A DNA stretch of 64,000 nt from a virus. Made by a program: the position numbers and the translations under genes. The notes beneath the pieces were generated by a model. That model was not told the origin of the DNA. It was given only the letters and a program-made list of their open reading frames with translations, and did no database searches. Location of the stretch: positions 21,819 through 85,818 of IMG/VR virus record IMGVR_UViG_3300028840_002104; one strand, given 5' to 3'. This document shows positions 63,685 to 64,000 of this stretch, piece by piece (position 1 is the stretch's first letter; each line of letters begins with the position of its first letter).

Positions 63685-64000
63685 ATGCCTTTGGATCTGA
63701 GAGATATCCAAGGCGGAGAACTTGAACTAAGTGCCTACGGGACAGATTGGGTATACGTTCAGGATAGAGAGACTCCGCTGATGGTGGTGGCGAAAGTGGG
63801 CTCCGTCTACTTCGGCCTCGGAAGAATGCCGGGTAGCGACCCTCTTGTTAATCCCTACATCATAACGGGAGAGACAAGAGTCTTTGGTGGAGAAAGACAG
63901 CTTCCAGACAAGGTAGGATTTAGAGCTGTAGGAAGTTCCGCGACTCTGCGGGTGATGCAAGGCCCTTTCGTTAGTGGAGCCTCTGCCGGAAGCGCGGGGG
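63685..64000 (+). CDS. Hypothetical protein, 3'-truncated by window edge
   Basis: SD AAAGGAGG; MPLDLRDIQGGELELSAYG... open to the end of the window. Confidence 0.6.
   Translation, partial: MPLDLRDIQGGELELSAYGTDWVYVQDRETPLMVVAKVGSVYFGLGRMPGSDPLVNPYIITGETRVFGGERQLPDKVGFRAVGSSATLRVMQGPFVSGASAGSAG

Noticed and set aside
1-64000. Minus-strand ORFs in the track
   Set aside because: They lie opposite + strand genes or structured intergenic elements and show no recognisable motifs; treated as shadows

Overview
A 64-kb segment of a large, apparently lytic tailed dsDNA phage. Essentially all real genes are on the + strand, tightly packed, with Shine-Dalgarno sites and sigma70-type promoters, so the host is bacterial. 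Order: virion/tail module (1-9.5 kb); replication/recombination module (SF2 helicase, two UDG-family genes, DnaB-like helicase, primase, gp32-like SSB, family A polymerase, RecA, resolvase-like and Cas4-like nucleases; 9.6-31 kb) with an Acb2/Tad1-like anti-defence gene and an M15 peptidase; a 7-deazaguanine pathway (queC-folE-queD-queE plus a TGT/DpdA-fold gene; 31.7-39.2 kb); an early-type region (41.9-48 kb); and a cluster of Lys-rich paralogous proteins interleaved with glycosyl-/methyltransferases (54.7-62.5 kb). Two things stand out. (1) A 61-unit non-coding G(G/T)Y-NN pentamer array lies directly upstream of a stand-alone RAMP/Cas7-like gene (36.3-37.3 kb), a candidate non-CRISPR RNA-guided system. 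(2) Six consecutive gene cassettes (42.6-46.5 kb) are each enclosed by their own unique 26-31-nt inverted repeat, whose only imperfections are G-U and C-U pairs; this points to a chain of long-range RNA stems. There is also a ~195-nt structured ncRNA candidate, a free-standing NrdD glycyl-radical domain and two ORFs with in-frame stops. All calls come from manual motif reading; no database searches were run.
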